Positions 38,875 through 52,269 of a DNA stretch of 64,000 nt are shown here, in pieces; position 1 is the first letter of the stretch; each line of letters starts with the position of its first letter. A program made the position numbers and the translations under genes. A model generated the notes under the pieces. The model searched no databases, was not told the origin of the DNA, and was given only the letters and a program-made list of their open reading frames with translations. The stretch is taken from assembly GCF_006345805.1 (NCBI RefSeq), contig NC_043023.1, forward strand, positions 3,596,001 to 3,660,000. Direction: 5' to 3'. The stretch comes from Octopus sinensis. Taxonomy: Eukaryota.

Positions 38875-39091
38875 ACTCTCTTTTACTCTTTTACTTGTTT
38901 CAGTCATTTTGACTGTGGCCATGCTGGAGCACCGCCTTTAGTCGAGCAAATCTACCCCAGGACTTATTCTTTGTAAGCCTAGTTCTTATTCTATCAGTCT
39001 CTTTTGCCGAACTGCTAAGTTACGGGGATGTAAACACACCACTATTGGTTGTCAAGCAATGTTGGGAGCACAAACACAGATACACAAATAT

Positions 39092-39152
<61 letters not shown>

Positions 39153-39507
39153 TATAAATTAGAAAAAATCTCCTTTTATCAATTCAATAATGAAAAAATT
39201 AAATTATAAGTTAGAAAAATTACATCTTATAGAAAGATTACATATAAGATAAAACATTAGTATTTCTAAATTGAATTTTTCCCTGTAAGCTTGGAATAAT
39301 TTTCCCTCATATTATTATATATACACACACACACACATATATATATCCAACAGGCTTCTTTCAGTTTCCGTCCACCAAATCCACTCGCAAGGCTTTGGTC
39401 AGCCCGACACTACAGTAGAAGACACTTGCCCGAGGTGCCATGCAGTGGGACTGAACCCGGAACCATGTGGTTGGTAAGCAAGCTACTTACCACACAGCCA
39501 CTCCTGC
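38875..39507 (-). mobile_element. SINE family A split by an AT-rich element inserted in its internal (TA)n
   Basis: The insert at about 39150-39320 is homologous to part of 16922-17030. Confidence 0.75.
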
Positions 39508-39833
39508 ATAGAAAATTGTGAAAATCTATTTTTCACAGCAAACGAACTCCACCTCTACTCAACCTAATTGAACCAATCCCTCCAGCCAAGACTGACTGCT
39601 ACAATACAGCACTATTCTAATGTAATAAAATACTGCTTTCACATATTAGCACAAGGCCAGCAATTTACTGGGATGGGTTAAGTCCAATTACGTCAACCCC
39701 AATGCTCAACTGGTATTTATTTTATTCATCCTGAAAGGAAGAAAGGCTAGGTTGACTTAGGTCATAAAGTTGAACAATTGTAAGCCGGATAGGTCAATGA
39801 CAACCTGTGTGTATGTATGTATGCATGTGCTTG

Positions 39834-39877
<44 letters not shown>

Positions 39878-40298
39878 TAAATAAAATAAAACATATGCAT
39901 ATATATAAACATATATGTACGTACCTACCTCTACATGTACATATACACGCATATATGAGTACAGGACACCAAAAGGACGTCGAACACAATGAGAAACGAA
40001 AACATAGACACAAACCAAAGGAACTGGACATTTTTTTAAAAACAGCAAAAAAATAGAGTACAGGACAATTAACACAAAGAAAAAACCCCTTCTTCAGTCG
40101 CTAAAGGTTTCATCTACTCTACGTTTCGAAGGATAAGCGAGACGTATCTTCGACAAGAAAACTTTCCTTCCTGCGAAGAGCAAATCAATTAAAATTCTGA
40201 GATCTTTTCGCAGGAAAATTTACTAAAGAACAAAAGACGAAGATGGTGTGTAAATAACAAACAGATGTATTAGTTTAATGCTTGGGAAGTGAGAAAGT

Positions 40299-40334
40299 CT
40301 TTTACGTTTTGAGCCTACGCTCTTCAGCAGAAAG
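40299..40334 (-). ncRNA. Degenerate hammerhead motif (family B)
   Basis: cttt CTGCTGA a gagc-gtag-gctc AAAACGT A aaag. A further, more decayed copy lies at 5733-5768 (+). Confidence 0.4.
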
Positions 40335-40396
40335 GAACACAGAAACAAACAGGAAGAGAAAATAGAAAAAGGTTTAGTGGCTAGCAAGAGAGAGAG

Positions 40397-40435
<39 letters not shown>

Positions 40436-41240
40436 AACAGACAGACAGAGAGAGAATGAACCAATAGAAAATGAAAGAGTTGTTTTTTTACGTGTGTGTT
40501 TTGTAGGAGGAAATGCTGGAGTTGTGCAGGCCTGGTCAGCCATCAGAAAACGCACAGGAATCAACTCCTTGTAAATTGTGATATGGTTATTATTGTGGAG
40601 GCGCAATGGCCCAGTGGTTACGGCAGCGGACTTGCGGTCATAGGATCACAGTTTCGATTCCCAGACCGGGTGTTGTGAGTGTTTATTGAGCGAAAACACC
40701 TAAAGCCCCACGAGGCTCCGGCAGGGATGGTGGTGATCCCTGCTGTACTCTTTCACCACAACTTTCTCTCACTCTTACTTCCTGTTTCTGTTGTACCTGT
40801 ATTTCAAGGGGCCGGCCTTGTCACTCTCTGTGTCACGCTGAATATCCCCAAGAACTACGTTAAGGGTGCATGTGTCTGTGGAGTGCTCAGCCACTTACAC
40901 GTTAATTTCACGAGCAGGCTGTTCCGTTGGTCGGATCAACTGGAACCCTCATCGTCGTAACCGACGGAGTGCTTCCATTATTCACAACAGAACATGTGCC
41001 ACTTGTGGAAAGGTGTGCCTTTCAGCTGGCAGAATGAAAAGGCACGTCAAAAGACTTCATACAGTGGCACCTGTTCCCTTTGCAGCCAGCACAACTGTGT
41101 GTTGTGCAACAGAATGTGCAAATCTTTGGCAAAGCTCAAGAGTTATATAAAGGCCTCACATTACATTATCAATGTCCCGTTTCAATGACTCTTTCTAGCA
41201 ATGACTTTGCCTGTATACGTGAGTGGAGGCGCGTGGCTCA

Positions 41241-42104
41241 GTGGTTAGGGTGTTGGACTCATGATTGTAAGATTGTGGTTTCAATTCCTGGACCAGGCAA
41301 TACATTGTGTTCTTGAGCAAAACACTTCATTTCACTCCAGAAACAGACTCTCTTAAATGCCTGGATGTGAAGGTGCATGGCTTAGTGGTTAGGGTGTTGG
41401 ACTCATGATTGTAAGATTGTGGTTTCAATTCCTGGACCAGGCAATACATTGTGTTCTTGAGCAAAACACTTCATTTCACTCCAGAAACAGACTCTCTTAA
41501 ATGCCTGGATGTGAAGGTGCATGGCTTAGTGGTTAGGGTGTTGGACTCATGATTGTAAGATTGTGGTTTCAATTCCTGGACCAGGCAATACATTGTGTTC
41601 TTGAGCAAAACACTTCATTTCACTCCAGAAACAGACTCTCTTAAATGCCTGGATGTGAAGGTGCATGGCTTAGTGGTTAGGGTGTTGGACTCATGATTGT
41701 AAGATTGTGGTTTCAATTCCTGGACCAGGCAATACATTGTGTTCTTGAGCAAAACACTTCATTTCACTCCAGAAACAGACTCTCTTAAATGCCTGGATGT
41801 GAAGGTGCATGGCTTAGTGGTTAGGGTGTTGGACTCATGATTGTAAGATTGTGGTTTCGATTCCTAGACCAGGCAATACATTGTGTTCTTGAGCAAAACA
41901 CTTCATTTCACTCCAGAAACAGACTCTCTTAAATGCCTGGATGTGAAGGTGCATGGCTTAGTGGTTAGGGTGTTGGACTCATGATTGTAAGATTGTGGTT
42001 TCAATTCCTGGACCAGGCAATACATTGTGTTCTTGAGCAAAACACTTCATTTCACTCCAGAAACAGACTCTCTTAGATGCCTGGATGTGAAGGTGCATGG
42101 CTTA
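41241..42104 (+). repeat. Tandem array: 6 x 144 bp, unit contains a tRNA-SINE head
   Basis: Unit starts at 41241, 41385, 41529, 41673, 41817, 41961. Near-identical copies. Confidence 0.95.
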
Positions 42105-43339
42105 GTAGTGACGAATGTAAGTTCCAAATTCTGGTACAAGTCCAGCAATTTCTGGGGAGGGGTTGAGTCAATTACACTGACCCCTGTACTTAATTGGTAC
42201 TTATTGCATCAACCATGAAAGGAGAAAAAACACAGTCGACCTTGGCAGAACTTGAACTCAGAACCTAAAGATGGATAAAATTCCACAGCAGGAGTGGCTG
42301 TGTGGTAAGTAGCTTGCTAACCAACCACATGGTTCCGGGTTCAGTCCCACTGCGTGGCATCTTGAGCAAGTGTCTTCTACTATAGCCCCGGGCCGACCAA
42401 AGCCTTGTGAGTGGATTTGGTAGATGGAAACTGAAAGAAGCCTGTCGTATATAGGTATATATATATATATGTATGTGTTTGTGTGTCTGTGTTTGTCTTC
42501 CTAGCATTGCTTGACAACCGATGCTGGTGTGTTTACGTCCCCGTCACTTAGCGGTTCGGCAAAAGAGACCGATAGAATAAGTACTGGGCTTACAAAGAAT
42601 AAGTCCTGGGGTCGATTTGCTCGACTAAAGGCGGCGCTCCAGCATGGCCGCCAATTTGCCACCCTGGGGTGGATCTTTACCCTCTGCAGCAACACTGATA
42701 CTAGTATAAGAAGTCAGGGTGATGTGTCAGAAGCAATTATCACAGCTACCCAGTTCAAACAACGGTAATGTGTCAGCTGGTACTCTGCTTTCATAGACAC
42801 TGAGGACACGGCAAATCACAGCATAATAATTAGCACTAATTAGAGACAGTAATTAAATTGGCAAACCAGCAGAATGATCAACACAGAAGACAAATATGCT
42901 TAGTAACATTTCTTTCTACTCTCTTTTACTCTTTTACTTGTTTCAGTCATTTGACTGCGGCCATGCTGGAGCACCGCCTTTAATCGAGCAAATCGACCGC
43001 GGGACTTATTCTTTTGTAAGCCCAGTATTTATTCTATCGGTCTCTTTTGCCGAACGCTAAGTGAAGGGGACATAAACACACCAGCATCGGTTGTCAAGCA
43101 ATGCTAGGGGAACAAACACACACACACACAAACACATACACACACACATTTATATATACACATATATACATATATACGACAGGCTTCTTTCAGTTTCCGT
43201 CTACCAAATCCACTCACAAGGCATTGGTCGGCCCGGGGCTATAGTAGAAGACACTCGCCCAAGATGCCACGCAGTGGGACTGAACCCTGAACCATGTGGC
43301 TGGTTAGCAAGCTACTTACCACACAGCCACTCCTGCACC

Positions 43340-45080
43340 TGTTTGTGGGGTCAATAAAATAAGTACCAGATGAGACCCCTTCTTCCTAAATTTCAGGCCT
43401 TGAGTTTATAGTAGAAAGGTGAGGAGCTGGTAGAATCATTAGCACTGTCTTTATATTGAGGAGGCACATGGCCTAGTGGTTAGAGCAGCAGACTCGTGGT
43501 CGAGGGATCGCAGGTTCAAATCTCAGACCAGGCGATGTGTGTATTTATGAACATAAACACCTAAGCTCCATGCGGCTCTGGCAGAAGGCAATGGCGAACT
43601 TCTGCTGACTCTTTCACCACAATTTTCTCTCACTCTTTCCTCCTGCATCTTGCAGCTCACCTGTGACGGACCGGCGTCCCGTCCAGGTGGGGAACCTATA
43701 TGCCAAGGAAACCGGGAAGCCGGCCCTTATGAGCCAGATGTGGCTTGAGAAGGAAAAAAAGCAACAACAAACTGTCTTTATATTGAATTCAAATGCTGCC
43801 AGGGTTGACTTTGGCTTTCATCCTTTTAGGGGCCAATAAAATAAGTACCAGTTGGGCACTGGGGTTGATGTAATCAACCAGCCCCTTCTCCCTAAATTTC
43901 AGGTCTTGTGTTTATAGTAGAAAGGTGGGGAGCTGGTAGATTCATTAGCACTGTCTTTATGTTGAGTTCAAATGCCGTCAGGGTTGACTTTGGCTTTCTT
44001 CCCTTCAGGGGCCAATAAAGTAAGTAGAGTTAAGCACCAAGGTTGATGCAATTGATTGGCCCCTTCTCCCAAAATTTCAGGCCTAGTGTTTTTAGGAGAA
44101 AGGCAGTGAGCTGGTAGAATCATAGTACAGCGTGCAAAATGTTTAGTGACATTTCATCCATCTTTAAGCTTCGAGTTCAAATTCTGTCAAGGCCAACTTT
44201 GCCTTTCATCCTTTTGTGGGGTCAACAAAATAAGTACCAGTTAAGCACTGGGGTTGATGTAATCAACTAGCTCCTTTTTCCCAAATTCTAGGCCTTGTGT
44301 TCATAGAGGAAATTAGTGAACTGGCAGAATCATTTAGCACACCAGAATCATTCAGCAGTCTTTACATTCTGAGTTCAAATTCCAGTAGGGCTGACTTATG
44401 CCTTTTATCCTTTCTGGGTCAACAAAATGAGTACCAGTTGAGCACTGGGGTTGATGTAATCAACTATCCCCTACTCCCTAAATTTCAGACCTTGTGTTTA
44501 TAGTAGAAAGATGTCAAGCTGACAGAATTAGCACTGTCTTTATGTTGAGTTCAAATGCTGCCAGGGTTGACTTTGGCTTTTATCCTTTTAGGGGCCAATA
44601 AAACATGTACCAATTGAGCACTGGGGTTGATGTAATCAACTGGCCCCTTCTTCCTAAATTTCAGGCTTTGTGTTTATAGAAGAAAGGCAATGAGCTGGTA
44701 GAATCATTAACACTGTCTTTATGTTGAGTTCAAATGCCATCAGGGTTGACTTTGGCTTTTATCCCTTCAGGGGCCAATAAAATAAGTACCAGTTGGGCAC
44801 TGGGGTTGATGTAATCAACCAGCCCCTTCTCCCTAAATTTCAGGCCTTGTATTTATAGCAAAAAGACAGCGAGCTGGCAGAATTGTTAGCACCCCAGACA
44901 AAATGCTTAGCGGCATTTTGTCCATCTTTATATTCTGGGTTCAAATGCCACTGGGGTCAACATTTGCCTTTCACCCTCTCTGGGTCAATAAAATAAGCAG
45001 CACTTAAGGACTAGGGCTGAAGCAATCAACCAGCACCCAACCCGTTCAAAACTGCTGGTCTTGTACCAAAACTTGTAACC
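43340..45080 (+). repeat. Diverged tandem array of a SINE-core unit (about 7-8 x 178-210 bp)
   Basis: Recurrent GAGTTCAAAT...GACTTTG(G)CTTTCATCCTTT...AAATAAGTACCAGTTGAGCACTGGGGTTGATGTAATC. Confidence 0.85.
43460..43770 (+). mobile_element. tRNA-derived SINE family B (tail 3) with 16-bp TSD
   Basis: TSD actgtctttatattga at 43444-43459 and 43771-43786. Tandem minus-strand copies at about 6746-7040 and 7045-7345. Confidence 0.9.
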
Positions 45081-45708
45081 ATTAATTAGACCTGGCATCA
45101 TTAAGCGGAATAAAAGAAGCACAGTGGTGAAGGATAGTTAATCACTATCTGTCCAAAATGCAATACTAATTAACAGTCATTAACTAATGACAACGATAAT
45201 TATACATTTCCAACTTGTTTGTTCGGACATTTGACCAAGGGCTCCGAGTAGAGACTAAGACACACTTACATCATGACAAAACCACAATCATCACTTCACA
45301 CATACACATAAATATATATATATATACATTATTTGTGCATATATATACACACACACACACACCTATATATACACATACACCATTATACATACACACACCA
45401 TTATATATACTTACGCATATACACACACACACACACCATTATACATACATGTGCACCATTAAATATACATGATACGCACACATGCACCATTATATATATA
45501 TATATACATTATCTGTGCATATATATATACACACACACACACCTATATATACACATACACCATTATACATACACACACCATTATATATACTTATGCATAC
45601 ACACACACACCATTATACACACATGTGCACCATTAGATATACATGATATGCACACATGCACCATTATATATACATTATATATACATTATACAAACATACA
45701 TACACCAT

Positions 45709-45739
<31 letters not shown>

Positions 45740-45850
45740 CTATATATACACATACACCATTATATATACATACGCATACACACACACACACACATACCAT
45801 TATATATGCACCATTATATATACACCATTATACAAACACACATGCACCAT

Positions 45851-45888
<38 letters not shown>

Positions 45889-46196
45889 GAGGTGCAATGG
45901 CCCAGTGGTTAGGGCAGCGGACTCGCGGTTGTAGGATCGCAGTTTCGATTCCCAGACCGGGCGTTGTGAGTGTTTATTGAGCGAAAACACCTAAAGCTCC
46001 ACAAGGCTCCGGCAGGGGATGGTGATCTCTGCTGTATTCATTCACCACTCTTTCTTCTGTTGGCCTGCTCGCTTAACCAGTGGGGTGGCATCACTTGAAG
46101 GCTAAAACAATGCAAACACATTGTGGCTAGCGATGTGTAGCAACATCTGTAGCCTGGTCGGTCATGGTCACGGTGGATATGTTTTTTCTCTGTGTA

Positions 46197-46234
46197 TCTT
46201 TCTGTTGAAGAGCGTAGGCTCGAAACGTTAAAGA
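46197..46234 (+). ncRNA. Minimal hammerhead motif (family B), degenerate core
   Basis: tcttt CTGTTGA a gagc-gtag-gctc GAAACGT T aaaga. Confidence 0.5.
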
Positions 46235-46469
46235 CTTGTTTTATTTATATTTCCTGAGCGCCATACTAATACAATTGTTTGTTTGTATTCCACCTGCCTT
46301 CGTCTTTTGTTTATTCCCGTAAACCTGCCTTCGTCTTTTGTCTATTTTCATAACGCTTCCCGTTATATATATATATAGTTGGAATTTACAAAAAACAAAA
46401 CAAATGACAAAGACGGGTGTGTAAACAACAAACAAATGTATTAGTTTAATGCTCAGGAAGTGAGAAAGT

Positions 46470-46505
46470 CTTTTACATTTTGAGCCTACGCTCTTCATCA
46501 GAAAG
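46470..46505 (-). ncRNA. Minimal hammerhead motif (family B), CpG-decayed
   Basis: cttt CTGATGA a gagc-gtag-gctc AAAATGT A aaag. Both deviations from GAAACGT fall at CpG sites. Confidence 0.5.
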
Positions 46506-46976
46506 GAACATAGAAATAAACAGAGAGAGAAAATAAAAAAAATTTAGTGGCTAGTGATCAATCATGGCTATATAGCTAGATAGAGTGTTTGAAGTGGTGT
46601 ACAAATATTGTAGATTGAGAATAAAGTGGCAGTCAGAATTCTGGATAATTCTTTATAAGCACTTTTGTTTGTTCAGGATAAAAAATTAAAACCAAAGTAA
46701 TATTTGGGTTTTAATTTAGCCTGAGGCTAAAGTAGAAGGCACTTGCCCAAGGTGCCACGCAGTGGGACTGAACCCGGAACCATGCAGTTGGTAAGCACTC
46801 TTCTCATTTGAATAATATATATATATATGTAAAATGATGGGAAAAGAATGCAACAGGCGATAACAAAACATCCAGACAGTTGGATGATACAAAAAGGGAA
46901 ATGAAAAAACAAGGACGGGTCATTCTGAGTTTCCTTTCCTCAGTAGAGTTCCACATTATCTTTGCAGTTTCGGCTG

Positions 46977-47010
<34 letters not shown>

Positions 47011-47422
47011 TATATACTCTTTACTCTTTTACTTGTTTCAGTCATTTGACTGCGGCCACGCTGGAGCACTGCCATTAGTTGAGCAAATCGACCCCGGGAC
47101 TTATTCTTTATAAGCCCAGTACTTATTCTATCGGTCTCTTTTGCCGAACCGCTAAGTGACGGGGACGTAAAACACAGCATCGGTTGTCAAGCAATGCTGG
47201 GGGGACAAACACAGACACACAAACATATACACACACACACTTATATATATTACATATATAAGACAGGCTTCTTTCAGTTTCCGTCTACCAAATCCACTCA
47301 CAAGGCATTGGTCGGCCCGGGGCTATAGCAGAAAACACTTGCCCAGAAGATGCACGCAGTGGAACTGAAACCGGAACCATGTGGTTGGTAAACGAGCTAC
47401 TTACCACACAGCCACTCCTGCA

Positions 47423-47500
<78 letters not shown>

Positions 47501-47759
47501 ATATATATATATACACACACACACACCACACACACACGCAAGACACATATTCTTATATTCTTTCAAGCTAGGAAATACATACTTGAGACCTGTTCAACTG
47601 TTGAATGCTTATAAGGTCTACATAAGACCCATACAGAGTAACTACTGCAGATATACGCCCACTAAAGGCTCTTGATCATATCCCATGGAGTAGGATTCCG
47701 CTTCAGGGAGAGATAATATTACAACCTTTACCAGTTGCAAACTATTGGTTGTTGCCCCA

Positions 47760-47938
47760 ACCATCCTGGCACTCACACCACAACCACTACAAATGCCACT
47801 ACCACCATAACTACAGCAATTACCACCATCACCACCAGCACCTTCTTTACTATAACAGCACCATCTCAACAATCACAACTATCACTACTACTACTACTAC
47901 TGCTGCTGCTACTACTACTGCTACTACTACCACTACTG

Positions 47939-47971
<33 letters not shown>

Positions 47972-48803
47972 TCACTACTGCTACTACTACTACTACCACT
48001 ACTACTACTGCTACGACTACCACCACCACTACTACTACCACTACCACCACTACTGCTACTACTACCACCACTACTGCTACTACTACTATCACTACTACTA
48101 CTACTACCACTGCTACCACTACCACCACTACTACTACCACCACCACCACCACCACCACCACAGCAAACACCATCCTCATCTATGAGTATGAGATTTCTTC
48201 TTTTCTTTTGCGGCGTATATATATGCGTTTGTGTATACATGTTTATGTATGCAAGTGTGTTGACCTAAATGTGAGAGTGTCTGTGTGTGTGTGTCTGTGT
48301 GTGTGTGCGCTTTTGTGTATATACGTGTTTGTATATGTTTGAGAGTATGTGTGTGTATATGTGTTTGTTTATTTTAACATGGAAGGTAAATTAGAGTCTC
48401 TGTGCGTGTATGTGTATATATATATACACACACATATATATACACATATATACACACATATATATATATATATACACATATATACACACATATATATATA
48501 TATATACACACATATATACACACATATATATATATACACATATATATATATACATATACACATATATACACATATATACACACACACATAAATATACACA
48601 TATATACACACACATATATATACACATATATACACACATATATATATATATATACACATATATACACACATATATATATATATACACATATATATATATA
48701 CATATACACATATATACACATATATACACATATATACACACACACATAAATATACACATATATACACACACACACAAATATACACATATATACACACACA
48801 CAC

Positions 48804-48834
<31 letters not shown>

Positions 48835-48837
48835 CAC

Positions 48838-48868
<31 letters not shown>

Positions 48869-48930
48869 TATATATATGTATGTGTGTGTGTGTATATGTG
48901 TGTATGTGTGTGTGTATTTGTATGTATGTA
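47760..48930. repeat. (CAC/TAC)n tract followed by a (TA/CA)n tract
   Basis: Direct reading. Similar TA/CA tracts at 625-1212, 2935-3270, 45300-45890, 57250-57930. Confidence 0.9.
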
Positions 48931-49561
48931 AATATAACCTCAGCCCTGTCACCACCACCCTCATCACTATAACACCCCATGTGCCCCAACACCAACACCC
49001 CCACCCTCAACACAGCAGCCACTACCAACCCCCCACCACCACCACCTCATCAGTATAAGGCCACCCTCCCCCTTCCCACCTCTTCCACCCCAAATTAGGC
49101 AATTGACAAACCCACCACCACCCCTCCACTCGCATAACTCCCTGCTGAGAGAGTTTTCACAGATGTCATCTACATTACACACTAACATCCAAGCATTCTC
49201 AGTTACCCACCATGTTCTTATGTCAACAGACACACACACACACACACGTGTGTGTGTGTATATATATATACACACATACACCTTCATTTACCTCCCATGT
49301 TTTATGTCAAGGCACTTTATATATATATGCATGTATACGGCTATATGTATATATATATATATGATGATGATGATGTATGTGTGTATATATATATATATGT
49401 GTGTGTGTGTGTATACATGTGTATGTGTGTATATATATGTGTGTATACGTATATATATATATATGTGTGTGTGTATGTGTATATATATATGTGTGTGTAT
49501 ATGTATGTGTGTGTATACGTATATGTGTGTGTGTGTGTGTGTGTATATATATTTTCATATA

Positions 49562-49597
<36 letters not shown>

Positions 49598-49883
49598 GAT
49601 ATGTGTATGTATGTATGTATGTATGTATGTATGTGTGCTACTATACATACATATGTATGTATATACATGCATACTCTTTTACTTGTTTCAGATATTTGAC
49701 TCTGGCCATGGTGAAGCACTGCCTTAAAAGGTTGCAGTTGAAATCAACCCCCAAGGCTTTTGTAAACATATTCTATTGGTTTCTTTTGCCAAACCGCAAA
49801 GTCACGGAGGCATAAACACACAAACACCTGTAGTCAAGTAGTGATGGGAGGACAAACGCAGACACAAAGATACACATAACTAC

Positions 49884-49941
<58 letters not shown>

Positions 49942-49944
<3 letters not shown>

Positions 49945-50188
49945 GAAAAATCAGAGAAAATTCTAATACATGTGTATATTGACAGTGCAAGACTGCTAGG
50001 TAGTCGGCCGCATGCTAGAAATAGATCATCAACGATCAAACTACAAAGAAAGTTCTCTAGAGGAAAATTTAGCGAACAACAAAACCAGTTTGATCGTTGA
50101 TGATCTATTTCTAGCATACGGCCGACTACCTAGCACTCTTGCCCTGTCAATATACACATGTATTAGAATTTTCTTTGATTTTTCAGAT
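49942..50188. mobile_element. Foldback/MITE-like element with about 100-bp inverted arms; three copies (also from 50334 and 51663)
   Basis: ATCTGAAAAATCAGAG...GATCAAACT / AGTTTGATC...GATTTTTCAGAT, directly after (TA)n. Confidence 0.8.
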
Positions 50189-50288
50189 TTTTTGTATGCT
50201 AGACTACTGGTTTTAAATTGATATTAAAATTAATATTAATTTATCTCCCTCATTACTTAAATATTGATATATATATATATATATATTA

Positions 50289-50336
<48 letters not shown>

Positions 50337-50656
50337 GAAAAATCAGAGAAAATTCTAATACATGTGTATATTGACAGTGCAAGACTGCTAGGTAGTCGGC
50401 CGCATGCTAGAAATAGATCATCAACGATCAAACTACAAAGAAAGTTCTCTAGAGGAAAATTTAGCGAACAACAAAACCAGTTTGATCGTTGATGATCTAT
50501 TTCTAGCATACGGCCGACTACCTAGCACTCTTGCCCTGTCAATATACACATGTATTAGAATTTTCTTTGATTTTTCAGATTTTTTGTATGCTAGACTACT
50601 GGTTTTAAATTGATATTAAAATTAATATTAATTTATCTCCCTCATTACTTAAATAT

Positions 50657-50707
<51 letters not shown>

Positions 50708-50936
50708 GGAGTAAACACATAAATGTGAAACAAGGTGGAAAAAAGAGTACTCAAATACCAGTGGTAGAGTAATATGCTTTATTTTAAGCAGCAGAAAATT
50801 TTGTTGAATTTTCTGCTGCTTAAAATAAAGTATATATATATATAGGTGGAGAATTCATGAAAAAAACAAAAGATGAAGACAGGTGGTGTAGATAACAAAC
50901 AGATGTATTAGTATAATGCTCAGGAATAGAAAAAGT

Positions 50937-50972
50937 CTTTTACGTTTCGAGCCTACGCTCTTCTACAGAAAG
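50937..50972 (-). ncRNA. Minimal hammerhead motif (family B), A6U core variant
   Basis: cttt CTGTAGA a gagc-gtag-gctc GAAACGT A aaag: stem I 4 bp, stem II 4 bp, palindromic ACGT stem III, GUA triplet. Confidence 0.55.
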
Positions 50973-51320
50973 GGATACAGAAAAAACAAGGAGAGAAAAA
51001 ATGTGTGTAGTGGCTAGGGCATCCAGCTGTAGAAACTCTGCCAGATCAAGATTGGAGCCTGGTGCAGCCATCTGGTTCGCCAGACTTCAGTCAAATCATC
51101 CAACCCATGCTAGCATGGAACGCAGATGTGAAACGATGATGATGATGATATATATATATGCGACAGCCTTCTTTCAGTTTCCATCTACCAAATCCACTCC
51201 CAAAGTTTGATCAGCCCGAAGCTCAAGGTGATACATACATACATACATACATTATGTGTGTGTGTGTGTGTGGTGTGTGTGTGTGTGTGTGTGTGTTGTG
51301 TGTATATATATTTTCATATA

Positions 51321-51358
<38 letters not shown>

Positions 51359-51986
51359 GATATGTGTATGTATGTATGTATGTATGTATGTATGTGTGCT
51401 ACTATACATACATATGTATGTATATACATGCATACTCTTTTACTTGTTTCAGATATTTGACTCTGGCCATGGTGAAGCACTGCCTTAAAAGGTTGCAGTT
51501 GAAATCAACCCCCAAGGCTTTTGTAAACATATTCTATTGGTTTCTTTTGCCAAACCGCAAAGTTACGGAGGCATAAACACACAAACACCTGTAGTCAAGT
51601 AGTGATGGGAGGACAAACGCAGACAAAAAGATACACATAACTACATATATATATATATATATATCTGAAAAATCAGAGAAAATTCTAATACATGTGTATA
51701 TTGACAGTGCAAGACTGCTAGGTAGTCGGCCGCATGCTAGAAATAGATCATCAACGATCAAACTACAAAGAAAGTTCTCTAGAGGAAAATTTAGCGAACA
51801 ACAAAACCAGTTTGATCGTTGATGATCTATTTCTAGCATACGGCCGACTACCTAGCACTCTTGCCCTGTCAATATACACATGTATTAGAATTTTCTCTGA
51901 TTTTTCAGATTTTTTGTATGCTAGTCTACTGGTTTTAAATTGATATTAAAATTAATATTAATTTATCTCCCTCATTACTTAAATAT

Positions 51987-52037
<51 letters not shown>

Positions 52038-52133
52038 GGAGTAAACACATAAATGTGAAACAAGGTGGAAAAAAGAGAGTACTCAAATACCAGTGGTAGA
52101 GTAATATGCTTTATTTTAAGCAGCAGAAATTCA

Positions 52134-52185
52134 ACAAAATCTGTTACTCTGAGTTTCTCGTTGCCGTTCATCAGACAGTTTTTGC
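52134..52185 (-). ncRNA. Minimal type-I hammerhead ribozyme (family A), mirror copy
   Basis: Reverse complement of the 52218-52269 motif, in the other arm of the palindrome. Confidence 0.75.
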
Positions 52186-52217
52186 TAGATTGGAATTGAT
52201 ATATCAATTCCAGTCTA

Positions 52218-52269
52218 GCAAAAACTGTCTGATGAACGGCAACGAGAAACTCAGAGTAACAGATTTTGT
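52218..52269 (+). ncRNA. Minimal type-I hammerhead ribozyme (family A), intact core
   Basis: Stem I caaaaactgt/acagattttg (one A.A mismatch). CTGATGA at 52229-52235. Stem II cg-GCAA-cg with A.A at the base. GAAA at 52246-52249. Stem III ACTC-a-GAGT. Cleavage triplet GTA at 52256-52258. Confidence 0.75.

Noticed and set aside
40085-40165. Hammerhead in the GAAACGTA-containing element (also 3830-3880)
   Set aside because: The 3' half fits, but no CUGANGA box or stem I pairing could be found.
41241-42104. Regular array considered as CRISPR or a tRNA gene cluster
   Set aside because: No unique spacers, eukaryotic context, no cas genes, and units lack a cloverleaf 3' half and acceptor stem.
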